From NCBI GenBank assembly GCA_963820525.1, contig CAWGAA010000001.1, positions 1,888,001-1,952,000 of the forward strand: a stretch of 64,000 nucleotides of DNA. The letters are read 5' to 3'. A model generated the notes under the pieces. That model was given only the letters and a program-made list of their open reading frames with translations, had not been told where the DNA came from and made no database searches. Positions within the stretch are counted from its first letter, which is position 1. Every line of letters starts with the position of its first letter. This document shows, in pieces, positions 8,048 through 18,690 of the stretch. The DNA is from an uncultured Spirochaetota bacterium (GTDB taxonomy: Bacteria > Spirochaetota > Spirochaetia > SZUA-6 > Fen-1364). A program made the translations under genes and the position numbers.

Positions 8048-9452
8048 CGCCCGCATGGTGGGTGAGGCGCTGGAGCGCTACCGTAGGGAATCGATCTCCC
8101 GGGAGCGGCCCGTCATCAACCAGCCTCCGCTGGGGAAGCTTGTCGAAGAGCTCGGGCTCCAGCGGCACGTCATGGAGGGAGACCTCGCGGGGGAAGAGTT
8201 CTCCCTGTTCGTGGAGAAGTACCTCGATTCGACGACGCGCCTGCACCATCCCGCCTACCTCGCGCACCAGGTGGCCGTGCCCCACTCCGCGGGGTCGCTC
8301 GCCGCCATGATAGACGGGTTCACCAACAATGCCATGGCCATCTACGAAATGGGCCCCGCCGCCGCGGCGATAGAGTTCTTTATCCTGAACTGGATGATCT
8401 CCAAGATCGGCTGGAAGCCCGCCCCCTATCCCGGGGAGGCGGACGGCGGCGGGGCCCACGCCGGCGGTGCCCTGACGCACGGCGGATCGCTCGCCAACCT
8501 CACCGCCCTGATCGCCGCTCGGAGCCGCGCCGTGCCCGGCATCTGGGAGGAGGGAAACCCGGGAAACCTCGCGCTCCTGGCGCCGGCCGAGAGTCACTAC
8601 TCGATAGCGCGGGCCGCGGGGATCCTCGGCATCGGCGGGAAGTCCGTCTACCCCCTGCCCGTTGACGCCCGAGGCGTGATCAAAGCAGACGAGATCCCGG
8701 CGGTCCTGGATCGGGCGCAGGCGGACGGGAAAAAGCCCATCGCCCTGGTGGCCAACGCGTGCAGCACGGCTCTCGGCCTCTACGATCCGCTTCGCGAGAC
8801 CGCCGAGGCATGCCGGGGGCGCGTGTGGCTCCACGTGGACGGTGCGCACGGCGCCGCCGCCCTGGTGAGCCCCAGGCTCCGGCGCCTGCTCGACGGGATT
8901 GAGATGGCCGACTCGGTGGTCTGGGACGCCCACAAGCTCATGCGCGCGCCGACTTTATGCGCAGCGGTGCTGGTGAAGGACGCGCGCGCGATCGACGGCG
9001 CCTTCCAGCAGGAGGCGAGCTACCTCTTCCACGAAAAAGAGCAGCCCGGATTCGATTTCATCCACCGCACCGTGGAATGCACCAAGGCGGGGCTCGGCCT
9101 GCGGTTTTTTGCGGTCCTGGGGGCCATGGGAGAGAAGGGGCTCGCGCGCTACGTCGAGAGCCGCACCGAGCTGGCCAGGGAAGCGCACCGCTATATCAGC
9201 GGACAGCCTGAGTTCGAGTGCCCGGCGGAGCCGCAGTCGAACATCCTCTGCTTCCGCCTGAAGGGAAGCGACGAGCTTCAACTCTCCGTCCGCGACGCCT
9301 TGATCGGGCGCGGGGATTTCTACCTCTCCACGGCGACCGTGGGCGGCAGGAGACACCTTCGGGCCGTATTCATGAATCCCGAGACTTCCATGACCGACGT
9401 GAAGATGCTCGTGGAAAGGATCAGGGAGACCGCCTCGCCCTTCACTATGTGA
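8028..9452 (+). CDS. Group II PLP-dependent amino-acid decarboxylase (DABA/aromatic/glutamate decarboxylase family)
   Basis: HHPAYLAHQ, GGSLANLTAL, SHYSI, WLHVDGAHG and WDAHK (PLP Lys). Confidence 0.85.
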   Translation: MNDFPSDARMVGEALERYRRESISRERPVINQPPLGKLVEELGLQRHVMEGDLAGEEFSLFVEKYLDSTTRLHHPAYLAHQVAVPHSAGSLAAMIDGFTNNAMAIYEMGPAAAAIEFFILNWMISKIGWKPAPYPGEADGGGAHAGGALTHGGSLANLTALIAARSRAVPGIWEEGNPGNLALLAPAESHYSIARAAGILGIGGKSVYPLPVDARGVIKADEIPAVLDRAQADGKKPIALVANACSTALGLYDPLRETAEACRGRVWLHVDGAHGAAALVSPRLRRLLDGIEMADSVVWDAHKLMRAPTLCAAVLVKDARAIDGAFQQEASYLFHEKEQPGFDFIHRTVECTKAGLGLRFFAVLGAMGEKGLARYVESRTELAREAHRYISGQPEFECPAEPQSNILCFRLKGSDELQLSVRDALIGRGDFYLSTATVGGRRHLRAVFMNPETSMTDVKMLVERIRETASPFTM

Positions 9453-9540
9453 GCACGAGCTGCTGTGCCGCCTTTTCCACCGCTTGCGGGGCGAACGGAA
9501 GCGGAACCGGGCGGCCGAACATTCTCATTAAAGCTGTCTT

Positions 9541-10287
9541 TCAGGCAAGGCCCATCCGTTTCATGTTTTCCAGGCTGATCCGGGCGCTCTCAAGAGGCGA
9601 GCCCTCGCTCGAATCCTGCTCGACGATCAGCCACTCCACTCCGCTCACCTCTGCCTGTCTCACGACGCCTCTTACATCCACGGTCCCGCTGCCCACCTCG
9701 GTGAACCTGCTGCCTTCACCGGCCTTCATGTCCTTCACGTGAACCAGGGGGCATCTGCCGGCGTATGCGCGCAGGTACGCGGCAGGATCGGCGCCCGCCG
9801 CGCTCACCCATCCCGTATCCAGCTCCATCTCGACGAGGGAGGGGTCGGTCTCCCTGAAGAGCAGGTCCAGAACGCGCTCCCCATCAATGAGGGCAAGCTC
9901 GTGACTGTGGTTGTGATAGCAGAACTCCAGCCCGGCATTCTGGATCCGTTCTCCGTAGGAGTTGAACAGGGCGGCGAACTTCTTCACGCTCGGAAGGTCC
10001 GAAAGCGGCGCCTGGGAGCAGACGACATACGGGTTTCCGAGCTCGCTTGCGAAGGCGATGATACCGTCGAGATCCTTCTCCAATTGGGCGAGGCTTACAT
10101 GGCTTCCCACGGGCATCAGAGCCAGCCTTTCCAGGTGTCCCTTGAGCTGGCCGGCGGAAAGGCCGTCATGGCCGAAAAACTCCACCCCGGCGTATCCCAT
10201 TTCGGCCACCTTTCCCAGCGTGCCGACGAAATCCCTGGCCAGATCGTCGCGAACCGTGTAGAGCTGAAGCGCAATGGGAATGCCCAT
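9541..10287 (-). CDS. Sugar phosphate isomerase/epimerase (xylose isomerase-like TIM barrel)
   Basis: IALQLYTVRD, YHNHSHE, ELDTGW, HVKD and VEQD. AAGGAG RBS before ATG 10287. Confidence 0.85.
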   Translation of the reverse strand: MGIPIALQLYTVRDDLARDFVGTLGKVAEMGYAGVEFFGHDGLSAGQLKGHLERLALMPVGSHVSLAQLEKDLDGIIAFASELGNPYVVCSQAPLSDLPSVKKFAALFNSYGERIQNAGLEFCYHNHSHELALIDGERVLDLLFRETDPSLVEMELDTGWVSAAGADPAAYLRAYAGRCPLVHVKDMKAGEGSRFTEVGSGTVDVRGVVRQAEVSGVEWLIVEQDSSEGSPLESARISLENMKRMGLA

Positions 10288-10429
10288 GATTTCTCCTTTT
10301 GCAGAAAGGTACCCCTTTGCTCCCGACGGCGCAATACGCGGCGGCGGACACGCTCCGGGTATGCGGGCAATCCTTCCGGCCAGCTCCTTTTTATGGTATC
10401 TTTCTTTCATAGGTGACTGTGGAGACGCC

Positions 10430-10993
10430 ATGGTTGTCGAAGCGATCTCCAGCTTTCCTTCAGTCTCACGAATGTCCGCCCGTGCCCATCCGAGCGCCGC
10501 TGGTCCCCTCCTGCCCCGGCCTCCGCGCGAGAGGCCTGAAGCCCAGCCCGCCCCGGCTCTTGGCTCAAGCGTGGCGGATCAGAAGCTCCGGGCTGTTGAT
10601 GCCGAAGTGCGCGCCCACGAAGCCACCCATCTGGCTGCCCTGGGCGTGGCGGCCGGCGGCGGCCCTTCCTTCGACTACATCATCGGACCGAATGGAGAGC
10701 GCTATGCGGTGGGCGGATCCGTGCACGTCAGCGTCACCCCCGTGCCCGGTGACCCCGAAGCCACCATCCGCAAGGCAAAGGCCCTGATCCAGGGGGCGTA
10801 TGCCGTGGGCATGCCTTCGGCTGCCGACATGCAGGTGGCGGCCGAAGCCTACCAGATGGAGGTCCAGGCCCAGCACGAGCTGGAACAGCAATCCGAGGAA
10901 GCCGCGGGGCCCCAGGCAGGATTCGGCCGGGAAGGCGGAACCGCCGCGGGGTTCGGCGCCGAGCGGCCGCGGCAGCACGAGTGGTTCGCGTAG
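10430..10993 (+). CDS. SprA-related / CJM1_0395-like putative metalloprotein
   Basis: DAEVRAHEATH (HExxH), GPNGERYAVGGSV, PEATIRKA and PSAADMQVAA. Confidence 0.75.
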   Translation: MVVEAISSFPSVSRMSARAHPSAAGPLLPRPPRERPEAQPAPALGSSVADQKLRAVDAEVRAHEATHLAALGVAAGGGPSFDYIIGPNGERYAVGGSVHVSVTPVPGDPEATIRKAKALIQGAYAVGMPSAADMQVAAEAYQMEVQAQHELEQQSEEAAGPQAGFGREGGTAAGFGAERPRQHEWFA

Positions 10994-11001
10994 CAGCTGT
11001 C

Positions 11002-11118
11002 TCAGACCGATCCCCCGAGCGCCGCGACCACGGTAAAGCGGGCATAGACCGCGAAAGCCACGATGAGAAGCAGCACGACTCCCGCCGCTACAAGAAGCAC
11101 GATCGAGCTTTTCTTCAT
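11002..11118 (-). CDS. 38-aa single-TM small membrane protein (not in the ORF track)
   Basis: MKKSSIVLLVAAGVVLLLIVAFAVYARFTVVAALGGSV*. ATGA overlap with the GntR stop and a GGAGG RBS upstream. Confidence 0.6.
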   Translation of the reverse strand: MKKSSIVLLVAAGVVLLLIVAFAVYARFTVVAALGGSV

Positions 11119-11498
11119 CTCTTTTCCTCCGTTGTCGTGTGATTCGTTCGGGCGGCATACAGCGCTTCAAGCTCTGCGATGCTCATCCCCAGGAGGTCCA
11201 TGGTCTTGAAGATATGGGGCAGCTCACGGCTCTCGAAGCTTCGCCGCGCCAGCTCCCGGGTGGTCAGGTCGGCCTGCTCCGCTGTGAAGTAGCCGATCCC
11301 CCGCTGGTTCTGGATGATCCCCTGGTCCTGGAGGTACGCGTAGGTGCGCATTACCGTGTTGGGGTTCACCTCGATGCTCATGGCAAGCTCGCGAATCGAG
11401 GGGATGCGGTCCCCCGGCTTCCATCTGCCGGCCAGGATGTTCTCGCAGATCATGTCGGCGATCTGAAGGTAGATCGCCTGGTCCTGCCGAAACTCCAT
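11115..11498 (-). CDS. GntR-family regulator, YtrA subfamily
   Basis: IYLQIA...PSIRELA..EVNPNTVMRTY..L...G....RGIGYF with a short C-terminal domain, next to ABC genes. Confidence 0.9.
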   Translation of the reverse strand: MEFRQDQAIYLQIADMICENILAGRWKPGDRIPSIRELAMSIEVNPNTVMRTYAYLQDQGIIQNQRGIGYFTAEQADLTTRELARRSFESRELPHIFKTMDLLGMSIAELEALYAARTNHTTTEEKR

Positions 11499-11499
11499 G

Positions 11500-12312
11500 T
11501 CACACCTCTTTTTCGCCCAGCCGCAGGTACGCTATCACCCAGCACACGGGCGCCAGGCAGCCCCAGAGGAGGATTTTCGCCACGAGCGCCACCGTCCCGT
11601 TGTGCCACATATCGATGGCTACCCGTCCGTTGGATCCGGGCCCGCCAAAGAGCCTGCCCAGAGACTCCTGCATCTGCGGGCTCACCGTGGCTCCCTGAAA
11701 GAAATCGGAGAACACGAGACGGAGGACGACGCTCGAGAATATCGTCAAACCGATCAGAAGCACCACGACTGATAGCGCCGTCTTGATGAAGGCCGCCTTC
11801 TTGAACCAGATGGATCCCAGCAGGAACACGGCCTGGAATACGAGGTAATAGGCGATTGCCATGAGGACATCGACGCTGAAGGGATCGAAGAGAAGATGCC
11901 CCGCGCCGAAGAGCGCCCTGTTCACAAGCTCGCTCAGCGCGGAGACAGCCGTCATGAATACGACGGTTCCCACCGAATAGCCGGCGGCGGAGACGAGGAG
12001 CTTGCTCAGGAACTTTTCGAAGGTGGAGCCGGGAAGCGTGAGGAAGAAGCTTCCCGAAGCGCTCTGGTGCAGCTCCTTGAACACGGAGGCCGTGAATATG
12101 AAGCCCCCGAGGTAGAGCAGGATGCCGAAGAAGGAGGGATAGAATACCTGGTTGCGTCCAAAAAGCATGGAGAGGACGGAGAGAACGAAGATGGCTCCCG
12201 CGGCCGCGGCCATGGTGACCAGGAGGCTGCCATAGCCCATCACGAGGTCCCTCTTGAGAAGAAGGAAGAGCCTGCGGGGATTGAAAACGCTCTCGACGCT
12301 TCGATCAGCCAT
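11500..12312 (-). CDS. ABC exporter permease (about 6 TM)
   Basis: Hydrophobic helices and LTLPGSTFEKFLSK motif. Start overlaps the ATPase stop. Confidence 0.8.
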   Translation of the reverse strand: MADRSVESVFNPRRLFLLLKRDLVMGYGSLLVTMAAAAGAIFVLSVLSMLFGRNQVFYPSFFGILLYLGGFIFTASVFKELHQSASGSFFLTLPGSTFEKFLSKLLVSAAGYSVGTVVFMTAVSALSELVNRALFGAGHLLFDPFSVDVLMAIAYYLVFQAVFLLGSIWFKKAAFIKTALSVVVLLIGLTIFSSVVLRLVFSDFFQGATVSPQMQESLGRLFGGPGSNGRVAIDMWHNGTVALVAKILLWGCLAPVCWVIAYLRLGEKEV

Positions 12313-13171
12313 GGCGTTCCTCCTGGGCGGCGGCCGCGGATTGCGAGAACAGCTGGGCAACCTTTTCCCGGCTCGCGATGACGGTATTGAAGAGAGTCTC
12401 GAGGTCCACGTGGGTTTCCTCGCCGCCGGCGTTGGGACGGACAACCACCCATCCGCCGAGGGTCTTGTCCGCGCAGAGCACACCGTCCGCGGGCGGCTCC
12501 GACGGCTCCAGGCGTACGGAGAGCCTCCGCGTCACCTCGCGCATCGGCTGTTGAAAGATGATGCGCCCTTCGTCCAGCACGATGATGGGGTCTATGAGGT
12601 TCTCCATGTCCCGCACCTGATGGGTGGAGATGAGGATGACCCGGTCTTCCCGGGCGGCGCCCGCCAGAAGCCTTCGAAACTGGCTCTTGGAGGGTATATC
12701 GAGCCCGTTGGTGGGCTCGTCCAGAAGGAGGATGCGGCAGCCGCAGGCAAGACCGAAGGCAAGGAGGAACTTCTTCCTCTGGCCATAGGACAGGTCGGTG
12801 AGCTTCTTGGCCGTGCCCAGCTCGAACTCCCGAAGGTAGTCTCTGAAAACCCCGTGATCGAACCGGGGATAGAACGGCGCGAACAGCGCTTCATAAGTGC
12901 CGGGATACAGCGGCGGCATCGAGAATTCCTCCGCCACCATGACCACTTCTTCCAGCAGATGTACGGGCCGCTTTTTTGAGTCGAAGCCAAGGATTCGACA
13001 CTCCCCTTCCCCGGCAAAGCGCAGCCCGCAGATCAGCTTGAGGAGCGTCGTTTTGCCCGCCCCGTTCTTGCCGAGGAGCCCATAGATGCCGCCCGGCTCC
13101 AGCATGAGATCGAGATGAGAGAAGAGCAGCTGCCTCGTATATCCGAAGCTGAGGTCTTTGATCTGAACCAC
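12305..13171 (-). CDS. ABC transporter ATP-binding protein (YtrB-like)
   Basis: GKNGAGKTT, LSYGQ, LLLDEPT and ISTH. Confidence 0.9.
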   Translation of the reverse strand: MVQIKDLSFGYTRQLLFSHLDLMLEPGGIYGLLGKNGAGKTTLLKLICGLRFAGEGECRILGFDSKKRPVHLLEEVVMVAEEFSMPPLYPGTYEALFAPFYPRFDHGVFRDYLREFELGTAKKLTDLSYGQRKKFLLAFGLACGCRILLLDEPTNGLDIPSKSQFRRLLAGAAREDRVILISTHQVRDMENLIDPIIVLDEGRIIFQQPMREVTRRLSVRLEPSEPPADGVLCADKTLGGWVVVRPNAGGEETHVDLETLFNTVIASREKVAQLFSQSAAAAQEERHG

Positions 13172-13182
13172 TCACTACCTCC

Positions 13183-13216
13183 TAATTAGTGATCTATTTC
13201 ACTAATACACTAATTA
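13183..13216. promoter_or_regulatory. Palindromic operator, probably for the YtrA-type GntR
   Basis: TAATTAGTG-ATCTATTTCACTAATA-CACTAATTA lies between the RBS and a TTGACA (minus strand, 13243-13238). It resembles the GTxxTA..TAxxAC YtrA-type sites. Confidence 0.65.
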
Positions 13217-13313
13217 AGTAGCATACGCCTCGGCAATTGTCAAGAGGAATCGCAATAAAATTTTGGACGTTGCGCTTGTATCCAGAAGGGGCATATACTC
13301 ACCGTCTAGCAAG

Positions 13314-14035
13314 ATGGCTGCGGACCTCAAGATCCTCTATGAGGACAATCACATCATAGCCGTGAACAAGATGCCGGCGGACATCGTGCAGGCGGACAAG
13401 ACGGGGGCCCTACCCTGGCAGACCGGGTGAAGGTGTATCTGAAGGAGAAGCACGGCAAGAAGGGAAACGTGTTCATCGGCGTCGTTCATCGCCTGGACAG
13501 GCCGGTGAGCGGCGTCGTTCTCTATGCGCGAACGAGCAAGTCTCTGGGAAGGCTTTCCGGGCTGTTCAGGGAAGGGGGGGTGCGCAAGCTCTATTGGGCC
13601 ATCGTCCATGAAAGGCCGCCCAAGAAAGAAGATACCCTCGTTCACTTTTTGAGGCGGAACACGGAGATGAACAAATCATTCGCCTTCGAGAAAAAAGTCT
13701 CGGGGGCCAAGGAAGCCCGCCTTCGCTATCGGCTCCTCCTCAGCCTCGAGCGCTACCACCTTCTGGAGATCGAGCTTCTCACAGGCCGCCATCACCAGAT
13801 CAGGGCCCAGCTCGCCGCCATCGGCTGCCATATCAGGGGGGACCTCAAGTATGGAGCGCCGCGCTCCAATCCCGGGGGAGGCATCCACCTCCACGCACGG
13901 CAGATATCGTTTCTTCATCCCGTGCGAGGCGAGCCGCTCACTATCGTCGCGGACCCGCCTCCGGATCCCCTCTGGGACGCGGCCCTTGCGCAATGGAAAG
14001 CGGCCGGCGGCGGCTCTCTGGAGCCTTCCCTCTAG
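13314..14035 (+). pseudogene. RluA/RluD-family pseudouridine synthase with a 1-nt deletion near 13403-13410 (possibly an assembly error)
   Basis: ATG 13314 reads MAADLKILYEDNHIIAVNK...DKTG and stops at 13428-13430. The -1 frame continues TLADRVKVYL...HRLDRPVSG...TGRHHQIR...GDLKYG...LHA. Confidence 0.85.
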
Positions 14036-17000
14036 GATCCGCCGTCCCCGCCGCGGCGCTTTGCCAGTACCTCCCGGACGGTCGTCAGCACCATGTCGAT
14101 GCTGTAGGGCTTTCTGAGGAATCCCTTGGCCCCCCTCTCGATGAGCCGGGCGGCGTCTCCTTCCTCGCTGTATCCGCTGGAGAGAAGCACCGTGACGTGA
14201 GGATCTATGGCGAGGAGGCTCTCGAAGGCTTCCGTTCCGCTCATGCGCGGCATCGCCATGTCGAGGATCACCAGGTCTATTTCGCGGCGGCGCTCCCGGT
14301 ACGCCTCCACGCCGCGCACGCCGTTTTCAGCGATGACGACCACATAGCCGCCCCGCTCCAGCATCCGCTTGAGAACGTTTCGCACCTGCTCCTCGTCGTC
14401 CACGATCAGGACCGTCCCATGCCCGCCCTGGGGCGGGTTCCCTCCATCTACGCCGGCCTCATCCACGCGAACCCGCGAGGCGGGGAGGCTGATCTCGAAG
14501 GTGCTCCCCTTTCCCGGATCGCTGTGAACGGATATCTCCCCCCCGTGGCCGCGCACGATCCCGTACACCATGGCCAGTCCGAGGCCGCGCCCCTTTTCCT
14601 TTGTCGTGAAGAACGGCTCGAAGAGCCGCATCCGGACCGCGGCGTCCATGCCCTTTCCCGTGTCGCTGACGCGAATGAACACCTTGCTGTCCCCCGCGGA
14701 GACGCGCCCGCCGGATCCTCCCAGGCAGGTCTCGATGCGCAGGAGGCCGCCGTTGGGCATCGCGTCGCGCGCATTGAGGCACAGGTTGAGGAGGGCCTGG
14801 TGGAGCTGGCCGCCGTTTCCCATCACGGCCGCGGCGCGGGGATCCAGCCGGGTATCCACAGTGATCGACTTGTCGATGGTGCGTTCCAGCAGGTGCGCAA
14901 CCTCCTTGACCACCTCATTGGGGCCGACGGGGACCATCTCGACCTGGGGATTCCTGCGCGAGAAGGTGAGCAGCTGCTGCGTGAGCTCCGCCGCCCTGCG
15001 CGCCGATCCGGCTATGGCCTCCATGTCCGTGGAGGCCGAGCTGCCCTTGGGAAGCTCTTCCTGGAGCAGCGACGCGTAGCCCAGGATGCCCGTGAGGAGG
15101 TTGTTGAAATCGTGGGCGATTCCGCCGGCCAGGGTTCCGATGGCCTCCATCTTCTGGGCCTGGCGCAGCTGCTCCTCCATGCGCTTGCGCTGGGTGATGT
15201 CATGGACGAGGCCGAAGACCACGGGCCTGCCCGCCACGTGCATCAACGCCTGGCTCACCTCGACGGGGACCCGCGAGCCGTCCTTTCTCATGTACTCGCA
15301 TTCGCTCCTGAGCGTCCCGCCCTCCTCCATGGAAGAGGGCGGGATGCCGGAGGAGCCCAGAGGCGCGATGTCGGTGATCGAGAGGCGGAGGAGCTCGTCA
15401 TGAGCGTAGCCCAGAAGCAGGCACGCCCTCGCGTTCACGTCCAGGATGCGGCCGTCCGCGGTCTGAAGGATGACGGCGTCGCCCGCCTGCTCGAAGAGGG
15501 TGCGGTAGCGCTCCTCGGAATCGCGCAGGGTCTCGTAGAGCCGGGCCCTCTCAACGGCCGCCGCAACCTGCTCCGCGATGATGGAGAGAAGCTGCTCGTC
15601 GTCCTTCGCGTAGGCGCCCATCTTGAAGGACTGGATCGAGATGATCCCGATGACGCGGTCCGAGATCAGCATCGGAGCCCCGAGCCACGAGCGCAGGTAC
15701 CTTCCGCCGATCCTTCGTCCGGCGGCCTTCCCGCTCTCTTCGGCGAACATATCGCGCACCAGGAGGGGCTTCTTCTCCAATAGGATCCGGGAGGAGAACC
15801 CGTCGCTCACGGGAGCCTTGTGGGAGGACACGCGGACCCCCCCATCGACGCGGAAGCGCAGGTCGAGCTCTCCGCCACGATCGTCGCACAGCGCGATGAA
15901 AAAAGAATCGGGGGCGAAGATGCGCGCTGTTTCCCGGTAGACGGCCTCCAGAAGCTCATCCAGCTCGAGGACGGTGCCGACGGCCATGGCTATCCGGTTC
16001 ACGACGGCGAGCCGCTCCGCCCGGGAATTGGCCGCCTCGTAGAGCCGGGCGTTTCGAAGCGCGATGGCGGCCTGGGAGGCGAACATCTCCAGGAGCTTCG
16101 CGTCCTTGGAGTCGAATGGGCGGGATGTGTCGCTCACCACGCACAGCACGCCGAAGAACTCCTCACCCCAGCGCACCGGAGAGCCGACGGAGGCCGTTCC
16201 CTCCATGACGCCGCCCCGCTCTGAAAAGTCGTTCGCGTAGAGGCTCTCGTTCCTCTGCCACACCATGCCGGGGAGGCCTTCGCCGAGCTGCAGGGAGCCG
16301 CCCGCCGGCGGATCGGCGGGGCCCACGCCGATGCGCCACTCGATGATCTTCCTGTCCCGATCGTAGATATAGATCCCTCCCGAGCCTCCTCCCAGGAGCG
16401 CCACGGCCCGGGAGACCACGGACTTCAGAAGGGATTCCAGGTCCAACTCGGCGGTGAGCTCGAGGCCGAGCTGGCGCAGCGCTTCCATCTGCCTCGTGCG
16501 CCCGCGAAGGTCCTCCTCCACGAGCCTTCTCTGGGTGATATCGCGGTCTATCCCCCGGTATCCGATCAGCTCGCCGGAGGCGTCCAGCACGGGTATCCCG
16601 CTGGTCTCCAGCACCACGACCCGGCCGTCCTTGCGGAGGTTCGTGTTTTCCAGCCGTTCGATCGGGGAGCGTGCGGCCGCGAGCGCACGGAACAGCCTTT
16701 CCACCTGCCGGGCCTCGGAAGGGGCCAGGAAATGGAAGACCGACTTTCCGACCACCTCGTGGGGCTGATAGCCCAGCAGGTCATAGACCTTGGGGCTGGC
16801 ATAGGTGTAGACGCCCTCGGCATCAACCTCCCAAATCCAGTCGCTGGAGGTCTCCACCAGGCCGCGGAACCTGTCCTCGCTCTCCTTGAGCGCTTCCTGA
16901 GCCACGCTGACCTGAACCACCTTGACCGTGAGGGAGTTGGTCACCAGAAGCACCATGCCGAGATAGGCGTACTCCATCGTATAGACGAAGGGGTACGCGC

Positions 17001-17646
17001 CGAGGGACACGGCCGTGTCGTTCACCATGGCGAGAAAGAAGAGCACCATCGCGGCAATGAGGGATACGGCACTGCGCCGCCTGACGCCGGCCTGAAACGC
17101 GCGCAGAGCAAAGGCGAACAGGAAGGCATATAGCGCAAAGCCCAGGGCGCTCTGCACGTTGGAGAGGAATCCCGGGGCCACCTCGTTGTACACCACGGTC
17201 ATGCCGAGGGGAAGGCGCATCGTCTTCACCAGCGGCTGGACGTCATTCCAAAAAAGGCCGAGTGGATTGATGGGACACGCCACGGCGATGACCAGAAAGA
17301 GGGCCGAAACCGGAGCAAGGACGAGCCGCGCCCACCGGGGGAACACGGCCGACTGCGCCAGGTAATCCACCACGAACCATGAAAACGCGACGCACACGAG
17401 GGCAAGCGCCGCGCCCTGCATCCGCTGCCACACAACCCCTTGGGCGGTTGAGGATGAGTTGTAGAGCAGGGCGCACAGCACGTCGTAGATCCCCATGAAC
17501 AGGCAGCAGGCGGCGAAGGAGAGGTACTCCCTGCTGTGCGGCCGCCGCGCGAAAATCAGGATATTATAAACTCCGAGATAAAAAGTTATCCCCGCGAGAA
17601 TGAGAGGCGGTATCGACTGGGCTGCCACTGGAAAGAAGGGTACCAC
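14032..17646 (-). CDS. Hybrid sensor kinase/response regulator (7TM-PAS-GAF-GAF-PAS-HisKA-HATPase-REC)
   Basis: N-terminal TM bundle, two PAS and two GAF segments, AHDFNN H-box, FFTTK, GLGL and C-terminal REC. True start is probably GTG 17646 or 17628, not 18570. Confidence 0.85.
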   Translation of the reverse strand: MVPFFPVAAQSIPPLILAGITFYLGVYNILIFARRPHSREYLSFAACCLFMGIYDVLCALLYNSSSTAQGVVWQRMQGAALALVCVAFSWFVVDYLAQSAVFPRWARLVLAPVSALFLVIAVACPINPLGLFWNDVQPLVKTMRLPLGMTVVYNEVAPGFLSNVQSALGFALYAFLFAFALRAFQAGVRRRSAVSLIAAMVLFFLAMVNDTAVSLGAYPFVYTMEYAYLGMVLLVTNSLTVKVVQVSVAQEALKESEDRFRGLVETSSDWIWEVDAEGVYTYASPKVYDLLGYQPHEVVGKSVFHFLAPSEARQVERLFRALAAARSPIERLENTNLRKDGRVVVLETSGIPVLDASGELIGYRGIDRDITQRRLVEEDLRGRTRQMEALRQLGLELTAELDLESLLKSVVSRAVALLGGGSGGIYIYDRDRKIIEWRIGVGPADPPAGGSLQLGEGLPGMVWQRNESLYANDFSERGGVMEGTASVGSPVRWGEEFFGVLCVVSDTSRPFDSKDAKLLEMFASQAAIALRNARLYEAANSRAERLAVVNRIAMAVGTVLELDELLEAVYRETARIFAPDSFFIALCDDRGGELDLRFRVDGGVRVSSHKAPVSDGFSSRILLEKKPLLVRDMFAEESGKAAGRRIGGRYLRSWLGAPMLISDRVIGIISIQSFKMGAYAKDDEQLLSIIAEQVAAAVERARLYETLRDSEERYRTLFEQAGDAVILQTADGRILDVNARACLLLGYAHDELLRLSITDIAPLGSSGIPPSSMEEGGTLRSECEYMRKDGSRVPVEVSQALMHVAGRPVVFGLVHDITQRKRMEEQLRQAQKMEAIGTLAGGIAHDFNNLLTGILGYASLLQEELPKGSSASTDMEAIAGSARRAAELTQQLLTFSRRNPQVEMVPVGPNEVVKEVAHLLERTIDKSITVDTRLDPRAAAVMGNGGQLHQALLNLCLNARDAMPNGGLLRIETCLGGSGGRVSAGDSKVFIRVSDTGKGMDAAVRMRLFEPFFTTKEKGRGLGLAMVYGIVRGHGGEISVHSDPGKGSTFEISLPASRVRVDEAGVDGGNPPQGGHGTVLIVDDEEQVRNVLKRMLERGGYVVVIAENGVRGVEAYRERRREIDLVILDMAMPRMSGTEAFESLLAIDPHVTVLLSSGYSEEGDAARLIERGAKGFLRKPYSIDMVLTTVREVLAKRRGGDGGS

Positions 17647-17838
17647 CTCCGGGACGGAGCCGCAACTCCGAATCGGGCGCCCGCCAAACACGGAGGGGCA
17701 TACGTCAGGGCGCCCGGGGGGGGACGCTTGCGAGGCCCTCACGGGGGGAGCTCCCCGTGGCATCTCCAGCGCTCCCACGGGCATTCTTCTGGCCAGGCCG
17801 CCTCCGGCGGGTGTATATTCGTGCGCGGAGAGGCTGGT

Positions 17839-18552
17839 ATGGCTCTGAAGGACAGGGTTGTCGCCATCGCCGGTGCGGCCGGCGGGCTTGGGCCCACCGT
17901 GGCGCGGCATTTCGCGGAAGCCGGAGCACGCCTTGCGGTGGCGGGTCGGAACAAGGCGGACCTGGACACGCTGCTCGATTCCCTCGCGCTCCCCCCCGAA
18001 AGGCGTCTGGCTTCGGCTGTCGATCTCGTGGATCCCGATTCGGCCCGCCGCTGGGCCGCCGAGGTGGTCTCCGTCTTCGGCAAGGTGGACGTGGTCCTCC
18101 ATCTGGTTGGGGGCTACAGGGGCGGCACGGCCATAGCGGACATCCCCCCCGAGGATTGGAAGTTCATAGCCGACTCCCTCATCGCCACGGCGCTCAATGT
18201 CGCCCGGGCCTTTGCGGGACCGCTTGCCGTAAACGGCTGGGGCCGCTTCATCGCGGTCACGTCGCCGTACGCCCGCAAGCCCACGGCAAAGAGAGCGGTC
18301 TATGCAATGGGCAAGGCGGCCACGGACGCCCTCATCCTCGCCCTTGCCGATGAACTGAAGGGAACGGGGGCCACCGCCAACGCGGTGTCGGCCTTCTCGA
18401 TCCTCACCCCCGAAGCCCGCGCCGCAGAGCCCGGCAAGCCGCTCGGCAAGGCTACGCTTGCCGAGGAGATCGCCTGCGCCATGCTGTTCCTCTGCTCGGA
18501 GGAGGCGGGGGCGATAAACGGCGAGATCCTCCCCCTCACGGCCCGCAGCTGA
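17839..18552 (+). CDS. Short-chain dehydrogenase/reductase
   Basis: AGAAGGLG Rossmann motif and YAMGK (YxxxK). Confidence 0.85.
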   Translation: MALKDRVVAIAGAAGGLGPTVARHFAEAGARLAVAGRNKADLDTLLDSLALPPERRLASAVDLVDPDSARRWAAEVVSVFGKVDVVLHLVGGYRGGTAIADIPPEDWKFIADSLIATALNVARAFAGPLAVNGWGRFIAVTSPYARKPTAKRAVYAMGKAATDALILALADELKGTGATANAVSAFSILTPEARAAEPGKPLGKATLAEEIACAMLFLCSEEAGAINGEILPLTARS

Positions 18553-18690
18553 ACGGGGGCTTTCGGGCACGCGAGCGGCCTACGGCTGATCGAGGGCCCG
18601 CCGCCGGCGCGGCCGCCCGCTCCCATCACGCCGCCCCCGCCTCCGGATGCCGGTTTGCGGCATCGCGCATTCGGTGCTATCCTGTTCGCG

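Noticed and set aside
13993..15783. Long antisense ORFs (also 37611-39440, 58762-60351, 26095-27588, 32058-33401)
   Set aside because: Shadow ORFs expected from high-GC codon bias opposite well-supported genes. They have no recognisable motifs.
17647..18570. 5' 300-aa extension of the 1512-aa kinase ORF
   Set aside because: It is antisense to the genuine SDR gene (17839-18552) and is not protein-like. The kinase starts near 17646.
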